From Chiloscyllium plagiosum (lineage: Eukaryota): a DNA stretch of 60,000 nt. The stretch lies in assembly GCF_004010195.1 (NCBI RefSeq), contig NC_057751.1, forward strand, positions 9,747,457 to 9,807,456. Direction: 5' to 3'. Shown piece after piece: positions 1 to 11,277 of the stretch. A program made the translations under genes and the position numbers. The notes beneath the pieces were generated by a model that saw nothing but the letters and a program-made list of their open reading frames with translations, was not told the DNA's origin and did not search any database. Within the stretch, counting starts at the first letter, position 1; every line of letters starts with the position of its first letter.

Positions 1-73
1 CATGTTGAACATGTCTATTTTCATTGAGTTCTCATATGTGAAATGAAACCTCAATGTTTTGCTTATTCCACAG

Positions 74-156
74 CAGACATGCGCTGTGTGCCTTGAGGAT
101 TTCAAGATTAAAGAGGAGTTGGGAGTGTTACCATGTCAACATGCCTTTCACAGAAA
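74..156 (+). CDS. RNF122: RNF122 penultimate coding exon (RING-H2 domain, first half)
   Basis: cag|CAG...AGA AA|gtgagt. Translates [27 protein letters not shown](K), matching recalled human RNF122 [28 protein letters not shown]. Confidence 0.93.
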
Positions 157-909
157 GTGAGTAACATTTGAGTCAAGCTGTAGTTCTGTTTTTCTCCAGT
201 GAAATGTTGTTGTGAGCTCTGAGCAGCAAACAGGCCATCACGACAGCACAGAGATGGAAACCAGACAGAACAGCAATGTATTACAGGCAAGAAAGAGCAA
301 TGATATGTTGCAGCTCATAAGAAGTTAGTCTGATTTCAAATCTGATTAATGCAGTAAATTTGAGTCAATTGCTGATGTTTATGCTGATGACTGAATGACT
401 GCTGACACCAATGCACTGTTTCCACTGCTTCCCCCCTCTCCAGTGTTGGACTGCTTGGACCCAGTGTTTCATTCCGTACATTGTCATAATGTTTTTGTTG
501 ACTTTCTTTGTTCAGTTCCACACTTAGTAACAGTGTTTTATTCAATGCAACACTGTATTATCTGCAGACAATGTTGTATTTTGTACAGTGTTCCTTCTGC
601 ATGCCCAGTGACTATGCTGCAAAAATAGTTAATTGACTGTGAAATGCATTGAGAGGTCCAGAAGACATGATCTAAACAAAAGCCTTTTTTGAACGCAGTA
701 TTTTGCCTGGCCTAACAGTGAACTACTGAAGTCCAGTGCTTCACACTGTACAGTTGTTTGACCGTGTACAATATTGTGTCAAATACAGTACAGCACTGTT
801 TCTCTGCAATGTTTCACTAGGAGCAATGGGAGACTGCTTGTACACAATATATTCCTCTGTAACATGTGTCACTTACATATTTGGTTTCTGCTTCTTTCCT
901 GTCCTCTAG

Positions 910-1024
910 ATGCTTGGTGAAATGGCTGGAAATTCGCTGTGTCTGTCCAATGTGTAACAAACCTATTGCTGGAGCACCTGAGCAACAGCAAGCAATTGGC
1001 ACACTCCTGGATGAACTTGTTTGA
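910..1024 (+). CDS. RNF122: RNF122 last coding exon
   Basis: ctctag|A then CLVKWLEIRCVCPMCNKPIAGAPEQQQAIGTLLDELV*. Phase fits the previous exon. The C-terminus LLDELV is RNF122-like. Confidence 0.93.
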
Positions 1025-2441
1025 TGCATTTTAAACTTCATACTGACAGCAGAATCTCGGAATAGCCAAGAATCAAGAGTTTTCTGGATTTTTTTTTTAA
1101 ATTGTGATTGACTGCTGATGAAGCCAGTGAGAGTGTGAGAGGTTCTGAGCTGAAGAGTGCCACAGCAATGATGTGGCTGGAGTAAACATTGGCATTGTGT
1201 ATGATTGGGAAACCTGTCTTCTGAAAGCCCCTTCAACACATCTGCTGAGGAACAGAGCAACTTCCAGACTTGCCGCTCAGGTCTGAGTTCCTTCATACTC
1301 AACAGCATTGTGCTTGGTTGATCAGGGCATTGCTGAGCCATACAAACCAGATGGTTCCCCCCTCCCGTTCATGATCTGTGGTAACCTGGCAGATCTCATC
1401 TGGTCCAAAATCTCGGGCTGCTGAAATTGGGCACTGCCACCCAATGAGAGAGGGCTCACACTTTTTGATGGGTATTCTATCATCCCCAAAGATATTGGTG
1501 AAAGTGTGGACAGGCAGATCTGTCATGCCCTCCAGAGCTAGAAATTGTGCCAAGTCTGATTTTCGTTCCAAGTGGAGAACTGGCCCTCTGCATGTGTCAT
1601 AAGTTACCATGCAACAGCCATGTGAAATTGAACCTCATTGTGAATTGGGTTTTCAGAGGAAATGGGAAACATTTGCTTAGAGGCCCAAGTGCTGAACTGT
1701 TCTCAAACCAGCCAAAATCAATATAGATAGACTTGCACTGGGGCGCACTGTACTTCTAAAACCCTGCTACATGGATGCTCATTCATCCACCCTTCTGCAT
1801 ACAGATTGGAAATTCACCTGAAATATACCCATTCACATGGAGTCAAACTCTGTGGATCCAGCGAATCTGTGTTTCTCTGACGATAATTATCCAGGAATAC
1901 TGTCACAGCATTACAGGTTCCCATATCTGTGAGCTCTGATGGGCCAGAGGAAAATTTTTGTTACCCATTCACTCAATTTAATCATGTGTGTTGAGCTGTT
2001 GTCAAAAGTCATGCAATATTGCAGAACTACATGGAGCCTGATGATTCAGAAATAAGCCATCACCAGCTCACCCTTTGAACTAAAGACGTATCTCCCTTCT
2101 CTAAACTTTTTCCAATAAACTGACCATCAAGCAACAAGGGACATTGAGTTAAAGGTCTCAGTCCAAGACTGTTTCAGGGAATGGAGCTGTTATACTGGTG
2201 TGTCTGGAAGTGCTACTCTGGGCTCAGGATGGGAACATGCTGTTAGAATAGAACTGACAGAGAGTTTCACTTTGCAGTTCACTGCAACATGGGACTCTGT
2301 GAGGGTTCTCTGATTATCGTGCTAAATATTGCACGTTTTTGTTATTTACTGGGCACGACTGTTTTTGTACAGATTTTAACTAAGTGCTTTGAATCCATTC
2401 CTTCCTTTAAGAAGGATTTTCTTTTATTGTAAAATACTTTT

Positions 2442-2447
2442 AATAAA
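2442..2447 (+). terminator. Probable RNF122 polyadenylation signal
   Basis: AATAAA with a U-rich upstream region and a GU/U-rich element (gagtgttttttt) about 25 nt downstream. An alternative AATAAA lies at 2114. Confidence 0.55.
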
Positions 2448-5400
2448 AATATGCCTTCACCGAATCATGCTTGAGTGTTTTTTTGGACGAACTGTACAGT
2501 GTTACAGAAGGAAGACGGACAGACAAAGCAAATCAGCTTCAGTATTACTGTATGAGCAACTCACTCAAAATAAAATCTTTGAAGACCCTCAAAATTGACC
2601 CCAATGGTTCCTTACCAAACTTTTTGAATCCCAGACTCTGCAAATAATCAATTCTCAACATTGTTTTTTGCTGAAACAAAAGACTTCGCAATTTATTAAC
2701 AATCCAATAACTTTAACAGCAAAATTAAACAACAAAGTAATATAACTGATGTGTGTTCAAACCCAATAACCTTTGTTTTCAGCCCCATTCACATAAAAGA
2801 CTGACGGACAAACAAATACCATTTAGGAATAAATAGAACAAACTTACTTAAGCAGTTTTCACAACATGTTGTTCCACAGGCATATGAGATTGCTTCCTGG
2901 TTCATTTTCTCTAAATGTCAATCAGGGCTCCCTTTCAGTTCACTCAGAATAAGTCAATGATACATATAACTTTGTTTCTATTCTCTAAACTTCCAGGGAC
3001 TGATAATGGGCAGTGAGGCAGGGAGCTTCATGCTGTAGCACCAATAGCCAAAATCTTTTTCACAGAAAGAGTTCAAACTCTAGCCTCTCCCTGTTGGACT
3101 CCCTGCAAGGTCCCAGTTACTGTTCAGGTTGGAGCAAATAGCATCCCAGACTGGGTGGCAACAATTTCCAGGTACTGACCTCATCAAGGGCCAAACATCT
3201 GCTATTTGGTTAAAAATTCTGCTCTCCCCTTGTATCCAAGACTCTCTCATCAAGATCTAACCTGCAATTAACTTTCAGGCTTCGCCTCACAAACGACAGC
3301 TTGTTCTGTTCTTTTATTTTTCATACAAGCTGCTGCCCACAGTCCAAGTTCACAGATCCAAATGAAAATCAATAATGAAATATTGGCAAGGTTATTGGAG
3401 ATCAAATAAACAGTAAGAAACTGAAGGATGTGAGGGCCAGAGCTCCTATTGCATGGCCTCACACATCAACGTGTGGTTATGTGGATGAAATACCATATGG
3501 TATCGGTGCCACTGTGTCCTAACAAGAAGCTAATATCAGCAGACAATGATGAGTTCTGTCAGGGTGACAGATGGTGTACAACAAAGAAACACATTGTTCA
3601 CTGTCTGGTTGTTATTGTCTCATTTGTGATGTAAAGTCAAATGTTTATTTACACATCCAATTGCAAGTATTATTCCTGAAAGTCATTGTTGGTGGAATGG
3701 GTGACTGCACGAGCTTTGTAGTATCCCACTTATCCTGTAGGGACCAAATTCTGTTCTCACGTGTTGAGATTGCTTCTTCGTGGACCTTTCTCCTTTTACT
3801 TCTGTCCGGGAAACAGGTGAAAATTAGCTGGAAAATAAGGATTGGGTTTGACCAAGTTTTGTTTCTTCCACTTCCCTTGATTGACAGTTTTTGGTGGGAT
3901 GTGCCACACTGCTTTCTTTTCTGTTAATTATGTCTTGAGCCCATTTGTCATAACACCATGTTGCAATATCACCACACGAGGGCGCCCTCTGCCTCAGTGA
4001 GTGATTCAGATTGCTTTTCCAACATCCAGTTCAGGAGGTAAAGCATTCTCTCCCAGTGAAATCAAAGATCATTAACCTTAAAACAGACTCCATTCCCATA
4101 TTCATTGCACTCCCTTGCTGCGATCTCAAGATGAAAATCACCATTCAGAACTTGTATGTCCTATATGATCTTGAACTGAGCTATTGTCTGGTACAAGGGT
4201 GCCAACAACCACAAGAACTTGATCTGTCTTTTCAGCTTTAATCCATCGTCCATGAAATCGAATTCTTAACTGATATTATCTGTAAATCTGGCTATTCCAA
4301 ACAAGGCAACAGGAGAAATACAACTCAATTGAAGTTCCATGAACCTGTTTTAAATGTGGAACATTTCATTCCACAGTTTCCTTGGTTAAATCAATATTCT
4401 TTTCCTATTTTAGTCCACAATCCAAAAATAAAAGTGATTCACAGAATTTTGAGGCATGTGGCTTGACACTACGAAAGGTTCAATTCACAATGTTCATTAA
4501 ATGTTAAACGATGAATGAATGATTTTATTGTCATGTGTATTTTACAGTGCACAATGCAGTAAAAGACAGTGAGAAGTTACCATTGTCACCGTGATCTGGT
4601 GCCATTTTGGACAGTTGAAGGATTTTTTTAAAAAGATATAGCTTGAAGAGAGTCCATAACTATTCTCCCGCTTTGCCACTTCCATTTGGATACAATCAAT
4701 GTCCATGTCCCATTCCTCAGGCACTGTCTTATACCACTGGGTCTACCTTGCCACTGTTGCTTCTTCCAATGTAACAGGTGATGCTGGGTCCTGTGCTTGA
4801 TACCCTGCCAGTTGCCTTCTTGACATTACTGCCAGAGCTCTCTTTCTGCCCTCACCAGCCACCATATCGCTGTCTGCCAGAGTTCCACTCCAGGCTCACC
4901 AGCCGCCACACTCCAGATTCTAACAAAGCTACCTTCCTACCACGTTCCACATCAATGCTGCCATAACCAAGCTCTTCCACAGTAGGTAAGGAGATGCAAA
5001 ATCTAAAACAAAAATAAACAAGAAAACAAAAGAAAAAGCGGACAAAGTGGATTTGCCTTGGGGTCAGGAGTCTGGACGCTGCCTGCCCTGCCACTGCCAT
5101 CTTATGGACCATATCAGCATACAGGCTGAGGAATTTTGCACAGTTTCCATACCCTTGGTATACTCTGACTGAAATGCCATTGTGACATTTTCCCTGTTAG
5201 GCGTCTCAAGGCAGCTGCCCCAACCTTCAGTGTGCCTTTGCCACTTCCTCTGGGTGCTCACAAGTCCAAGTCAGCAGCATTTAAAATCGTTGACAGATTT
5301 TTGCACAGGAAGACCAACAGGTTTCAGGCAGATGAACAAGGAGGCATCAGATGCAATCCCAATTCTGCTACCTGGGCTCTGGAATTCCCTCTCTAAACTT

Positions 5401-5644
5401 CTCTACATCATTCTCCTTTGTCATTGAAGGTGCTCCTTAAAACCTCAGGTTTTAACTTAGCCGTCTATCCAAATATTACCATACACAACTCAATAACAAC
5501 TTTTTATCAAATGCATTTCCTGAAAGACGGGACATTGTTAATAACCTGGGCTCTGCTGCAGCTTTTTCAGTGCAGTGAGCACTTCCGCACAGGCGCAATA
5601 CGTCAGATGACGATCACGCTGTGCGTCATGACTTAGGTTCGTAT

Positions 5645-5810
5645 ATTTACATACATACAGCGCTGGTTTTCGGACATAAACCTGTCAATGACAACACACC
5701 TCAATTAAATATTAAACAATCCACACAGTTAGCTTTCATTAGTGGTCATACTTCCCCTGAACTACCACAGGATGGTCGGCTGCGGTTTGGTTCACCCTGA
5801 CCTAACACGG
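5645..5810 (+). promoter_or_regulatory. snRNA-type Pol II promoter of U13 (PSE plus octamer-like DSE)
   Basis: TCACCCTGACCTAACACG at 5792-5809 (-62 to -45 from the U13 start) fits the vertebrate PSE consensus. ATTTACAT at 5645-5652 (about -205) is a one-mismatch octamer. No TATA at -30. Locally CpG-rich. Confidence 0.75.
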
Positions 5811-5853
5811 GTTTGTTCAGCGCCAGAGTCCTGACGGTGAACCAGGACGGACG

Positions 5854-5955
5854 ATCCTTTCTTTTCAAATGAAAATGATGATTGGGTTTGTCACGCTTTA
5901 ATTGTGTGAGATGTGTCTCCTTTTTGTTACGTGCCGACACATTACCCATCTGATT
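5854..5955 (+). ncRNA. SNORD13: U13 / SNORD13 box C/D snoRNA (guide for ac4C in 18S rRNA helix 45)
   Basis: Starts ATCCTT, box C ATGATGA 5875-5881 followed by TTGGG, TTGTGTGAGATGTG, 18S antisense TTGTTACG 5924-5931, CACATTACCC and box D CTGA 5950-5953. Colinear with recalled human U13, which is also linked to TTI2/RNF122. Confidence 0.93.
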
Positions 5956-6279
5956 TTTTTTGTTGCGGAAGGATTTTGTTTCTTGTTAATATTATCTTAA
6001 GTAATTTAGTTTCGCGTTCGTAAAGCCTCTCAATTGTTACTGGTTATAACTGTCATTGTTTTAGTTTTGTCCAATGTTTTTGGTTTTGTTCATGAGGCAA
6101 CCAACTTTTACCCAATATCTTTATCTCCTGTTTAAGTTTTTTACCATCTTTTAAATCTACATTATGTACATATGTAGTTGTTTAAGCAGTTTGGTTCTGT
6201 TCATTCCTTGCACATTTAGAACGACCAAACATTGGGGTCTGACTTTATAGTTGGACCAAACCCAAAGTCATTTCTTTAT

Positions 6280-6406
6280 CAGAGCTGAAAATGTGTTGCT
6301 GGAAAAACACAGCAGGTCAGGCAGCATCCGCGCAGCAGGAGAATCGACGTTTCGGGCATGAGCCCTTCTTCAGGAATCAATCGACGTTTCGGCCATGAGC
6401 CCTTCT
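6280..6406 (-). mobile_element. Short Penelope terminal-repeat insertion with two tandem hammerhead-like cores
   Basis: Flanked by TCATTTCTTTAT at 6268-6279 and 6407-6418. Minus strand has CTGAAGA-AGGGCTCATGCCC-GAAACGTC (6346-6373) and a second, truncated core (6383-6410). Confidence 0.75.
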
Positions 6407-6489
6407 TCATTTCTTTATTAGGCAAGGTACTATTTACATATATTTGAAGCACCGGGGAGAGTCTGATAATTGAATAGGCTCCCATTGTA

Positions 6490-7105
6490 GAGCCATAGAG
6501 ATGTACAGAAAGGAAACAGACCCTTCGGTCCAGCTCGTCCATGCTGACAGAAATCCTCACCTAATCTCATTTGCCAACACTTGCCCCAAATCCCTCTCAA
6601 CCCTTCTTATTCATATACTCATCCAGATGCCTTTTAAATATTGTAATTGTACCAGCCTCCACCACTTCCTCTGGCAGCTCATTCCATGCATGGAAGACTT
6701 ACTATTTAGGTCCCTTTTAAGTCTTTTCACCTTAAACCTATGCCCTCTAATTCTGGACTCCCCTACCCTGCAGAAAAGACCTTGGTTGTTTGCCCTATTC
6801 ATGCCCCTCATGACTTTATAAAGTTTTAAGGTCACCTCTCAGCCTCCGACATTCCAGGGAAAATAACCCCAACCTATTTTGCCTCTCCCTATAGCATAAA
6901 CACTTCAACCCTGGCAACATCATTGGAACTCTTTTCTAAACCCTTCCAAATTTCGTAGCGTCCTTCCTAAAACAGGGAAACAAAAATTGAATGCAGCATT
7001 CCAAATCTGGTCTAACATATATCCTGTACAGCTGCAACATGACCTTCCCAGTCCTATACTCAATGCATTAACCAATAAAGGCAAGTGGACCAAATGCCTT
7101 CTTCT
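6490..7105 (-). mobile_element. CR1-type LINE 3' fragment
   Basis: Minus ORF ESRIRGHRFKV...WWRLVQLQ and the typical CR1 3' tail gtacatctctatg. Similar copies occur elsewhere in the window. Confidence 0.8.
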
Positions 7106-7984
7106 CTCTCCTATTGTGGGAGAAAAACACCAGTCTCAGAGTCAGAATCGGGATTCAATGACAAAGAAACTGGAGCTCCGGGGAGAGAGAGATGTCCGGC
7201 AGGACGGCTATCAATTGCAAGCCTTCTCTCCCCCTTGGAGCACATGTCACAATATTTTATACATCTCATGGGATAATGGTCCAGATATGGACTCTTTGTT
7301 TGTGCAACATAGTTTGTTTACAGAAAACATTACAGAATCATTGTCACTTTCAGAGGAAATTTACAGAGTCATTGTCAGTTTCAGCAGGTACGCATCATTG
7401 CTGCAGTAACTGGTCGTGATCGTTCTTCCTGAGACGGAAGATCGTTTCTCATTACTCCAGATCTAAGGTCTTGTACACAAGCAGTCTCAGGTAGTTAACC
7501 TTTCTATTGAAGGTGGTGGCTGGACTTCGGCGGGCAGTAGATATTACTGATGTGTATTCTCTCCTCCACCTGCTTTAAACTTATCTATGTTCTGTGTCTA
7601 TTGTGCTGGTATCCTGTTGGCCTCAGGCAGTACCAGTGTATACTTCGCTGTACTTTTCCATGTAATGGCTCAGTGGCCATCTTGTCTGCTAAGTGACCAA
7701 CTTATGGCTCAGCGGTCATCTTGTGTCTGTGTGCCCCGTGTTAGCATGCCCTGTCAACTCCTACTTCACTATCTACTTGTGACTCCACTTTCAAAAAACT
7801 GTGCATCTGCACACTTTTTTCACGTCTACTTCCCTTGTCTCATTTTCTCTTATGACAAAAAAGGGACATGTCAACACAGCGACAAAATTGACTGAGCAAC
7901 TGAGTAGAGTGGTGAATGGTTATTTGGACAGGAGGAAGATTCTTTTGTGAGGTTCTTTAGCACTTGGATCCATACTGTTCTTGA

Positions 7985-8287
7985 TTAGATTACCTACAGT
8001 GTGGAAACAGGCCATTTGGCCCAACAAGTCCACACCGACCCTCCAAAGAGCAACCCACCCAGACCCATTCCCCAACATTTACCCCTGACTAATGCACTTA
8101 AAACTACGGGCAATTTAGCATCGCCAATTCACCTAACCTGCACATCTTTGGACTGTGGGAGGAAACCTACGCAGACACAGAGAGAATGTGCAAACTTCAC
8201 ACAGATCGTCGCCTGAGGCTGGAATTGAACCTGGGACCCTGGTGCTGTGAGGCAACAGTGCTAACCACTGAGCCACCGTGCTGCCCC
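7985..8287 (-). mobile_element. HE1-type tRNA-derived SINE
   Basis: Reverse complement begins GGGCAGCACGGTGGCTCAGTGGTTAGCACTG, has B box GGTTCAATTCC and a CR1-like tail. Copies at 9580 and 55545. Confidence 0.85.
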
Positions 8288-9579
8288 TTGACATCTATAT
8301 TTCTAGACTGAGACATTGACACACATTACATGAAATTTGTGGATTAAACTAAACTTGGAAAATACTGCAAACAGCAAGGTGTTTAACTCCAATCGACATA
8401 CAGTTGTCCAATTGATTGAAAGAATGGGCAGACAAAAGGCAGATGAAATGTAATGGAGAGATGTGTGAAGTGATTTAATTTGCTGGAAGGAGAGACAACA
8501 CAAAATAAAGGGGACATTCTAAATATTCACAAATCAGAGATGCTGGCAGGGTCAGATAAGACAACAATTTCAAATGTCTGCAGGCTGTGGGGCCTTTATA
8601 ACGGGAGCACAGAAAACAAAAAGAAGGAAGATGTGACAAATCTGCATAAAACACTGGTTCAGCCTCAACTGAAATGTGGTATTCAGTTCTTGTCACCAGA
8701 TTGAACCATGTTTGTATTTTTGCAGCATGGATAAAGACCATTCAGCTAATCTCTTGCTGTGTGAAGGGGGCCCATGCAGTAAGTGGGCTCCGCTGACGCC
8801 TCAGCTCAACATATGGATATATGACCGGTATACGTACAGACCTGTATGTTCAAATGATAAATTCTGATCTCTGTATGCAAAGAAATGGAATGTTTATGTA
8901 TGTATGGCATGGCCAATTGTACAGCTCATCAAAATATTTTATGAGTAAAGTATATTTTTGAAATAAAAATAAAATTGCTGTGTGAAGGAGCTATTCACCT
9001 CTGCCAGACCCCAGTGACTTGCTGGAGTCCTGCACATTCTTCCTTTTCATTCCTTCTGGAATGCTTCATTTGAATCTCAGGCAACGCATTTCAAATCCAA
9101 ACCACTTACTGAGTAAAACTAAAAAGATTCTTCTATCATGAGTTGATTCTTTTGGCACAAAGGTAGAAATGACTGGAGAAACTCAACAGGTCTGATAGCA
9201 CCTGTGGAGAATAGCAGAGTGAATGTTTTGGGTCCAGAACAATTCAGAACAAGGGTCTGTTTCCTTGCTGTACATCTCTATGACATTACAATGGGAGCCT
9301 ATTCAATTATCAGACTCTCCCTGGTGCTTCAAATATATGTAAATAGTACCTTGCCTAATTAAGAAATGACTTTGGGTTTGTTCCCACTATAAAGTCAGAC
9401 CCCAATGTTTGTTTGTTCTAAATGTGCAAGGAATGAACAGAACCAAACTGCTTTAACAGGAAGTGTTTGGAGGGATATGGGACAAATGCTGGCAAATGGG
9501 ACTCGATTAATTTAGGATATCTGGTCAGAATGGATGAGTTGGAATTACAGGACTGTTTCTGTGTCGTACATCTCCATGT

Positions 9580-10262
9580 ACAGCACAGTGGCTCAGTGGT
9601 AAGCACTGCTGCGTCACAGTGCTAGGGATCCGGGTTTGATTCCAACCTTGGGCGACTATCTGTGTGAATAATTGCACATTCTCCTCGTCTCTGTGTGTGT
9701 TTCCTCTGGGTGCCCCCGTTTCTCCCCACAGTTGAAAGATGTGCAGCTTGGTTGGATTGGACATGCTAAATTGCCCATAGTGTTCAGGGATGTGTAGGTT
9801 ACGTGTATTTGGGTGCTGAGGATTTTCGATAGAAATGTGGAGGTCTAGGAAGTGGAGGGAGGAGTCTGAGACGGTCCAGGTAAATTTGAGGTTGGGGTGG
9901 AAGGGTTGGGGTGGAAGGTGTTAGTAAAGTGGATGAACTGTTCAACCTCCTCGTGGAAGCACGAGGTAGAGCCAATACAATCATCGATGTAGCGGAGGAA
10001 AAGGTGGGGGATGGTGCCCGTGTAGCTGCGGAAGATGGACTGTTCCACATATCCGACGAAGAGGCAGGCATAGCTGGGGCCCATGCGGATGCCCTCCTTT
10101 GGTTTGGAGGAAGTGGGAGGATTGGAAGGAGAAGTTGTTAAGAGTGAGGTCAGGGGTAAATATAGCGTAGAGAAATGCATCCAGATGGGTTACTGTTCAG
10201 GGGGTCGGTGTGGCTTTGTTGGGCTGAAGGGCCTGTTTCCACACTGTAGGGATTCTATTCTA
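9580..10262 (+). mobile_element. HE1-type SINE interrupted by a Penelope fragment
   Basis: cagcacagtggctcagtggtaagcactgctg...gggcctgtttccacactgtag, split at about 9815-10143. Confidence 0.8.
9815..10143 (-). mobile_element. Penelope-like element reverse transcriptase fragment
   Basis: Minus ORF GIRMGPSYACLFVGYVE...FLRYIDDCIG contains RT motifs B and C (YIDD) of PLE type. Confidence 0.8.
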
Positions 10263-10639
10263 TGACTAAGCGGCCTGCTGCTGTTATCTTTTCCACAAAA
10301 TGTGTTTCATTCAGACAATTTGGAAACAAAAACGTGCAAACATTCCAATTTGAACATTACAGCTTTGGCAAAGAAGTCCAAACTACCATTGCAATTACCT
10401 CCATCTTTAGAAAATACATTCCACCTCACGTATGCATTTCAAACGATAAATCACCAAAAGTGCACCCAGACAAAGTTCTCTACACAGTGCAAAGAATTTC
10501 CCTTTGTGGTGCCTCACTCCCTCGCCCATCTTTTTTTGCTGAACACCATCCAGTATTTGTTTGGCACAGTGTGAGGGAGATTCCAGTTCCCAGCCCTTTG
10601 GGTCCTCCCCAACAGCTGGAGGATGTCTTCTCTGCCACC

Positions 10640-11050
10640 GCCACGCTGTCCGGCTGAAGTATCACTTTCCCAAGGGGTTGCGCCGCAGCCCGGCTTGCGA
10701 TGAACGTGCGCCACCCGGTGGCCGCCAGGCCTCAACTGCAGCCGGCGGTGATGTGTGATGTGGGGTGACAGCGGCCCCCGAGCGGTCGGAGTGAGGACTG
10801 CAGGTCTTCCTCCCATCAATCTCCGCGCGGGGGGGGGCGGGGACGTCCAGGTCTCGCGAGAAGTTGCTGGCGGCCGGTTGCCATGAGGGGCAAGATGGCG
10901 GCGGCTGGTGTGTGAGGCGGCGTGTGGCTCGGCAAGGCCCCAGGGCTCTCCTCGCTCAGGACGGAGCCATGCAGCACGACGATGTGAGTTTTGGGTGGGT
11001 GGGGTCGGGTTGTCGTGTTGACCTTGTTCAACACGGACATGCAGTCGGTC
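10640..11050 (+). promoter_or_regulatory. MAK16 CpG-island promoter
   Basis: CpG-dense region with a GC box at about 10833-10842, palindrome TCTCGCGAGA at 10852-10861 (BANP-type motif) and YY1 motif CAAGATGGCGGC at 10891-10902, just upstream of ATG 10969. Confidence 0.85.
10969..10983 (+). CDS. MAK16: MAK16 exon 1 (MQHDD)
   Basis: gccATG CAG CAC GAC GAT|gtgagt. Human starts MQSDD. Confidence 0.9.
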
Positions 11051-11277
11051 CCAGTCCCACGTGGGGGTGGTTAGGGTTAGGGTTCATGCCCCAGGCTCCT
11101 GCTGATAAAAGATGCACTTCCTCAGAGGGCCACCGGACCCCACACCTTCACTCTGATTGCTCTCCGCAGGTGCTGCCAGAGCTTTCCCAGCAGGGTCTGT
11201 CCCTTTTCTCTCGGTCAAAAGCTTTCCCCGTCCCGCCTCCATCAGGACCCTTAGCAAGAATGCCCACGTTCACTCCT

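Noticed and set aside
3560..4450. Possible old L1/Tx1-like LINE remnant
   Set aside because: Compositionally suggestive, but no diagnostic motif could be read with confidence.
7115..7857. Possible further solo LTR (TG...CA)
   Set aside because: No target-site duplication and no second copy in the window, so it cannot be supported.
7985..9660. tRNA genes suggested by A/B boxes
   Set aside because: These are tRNA-derived heads of HE1-type SINEs with SINE bodies and LINE-like tails, and no full cloverleaf.
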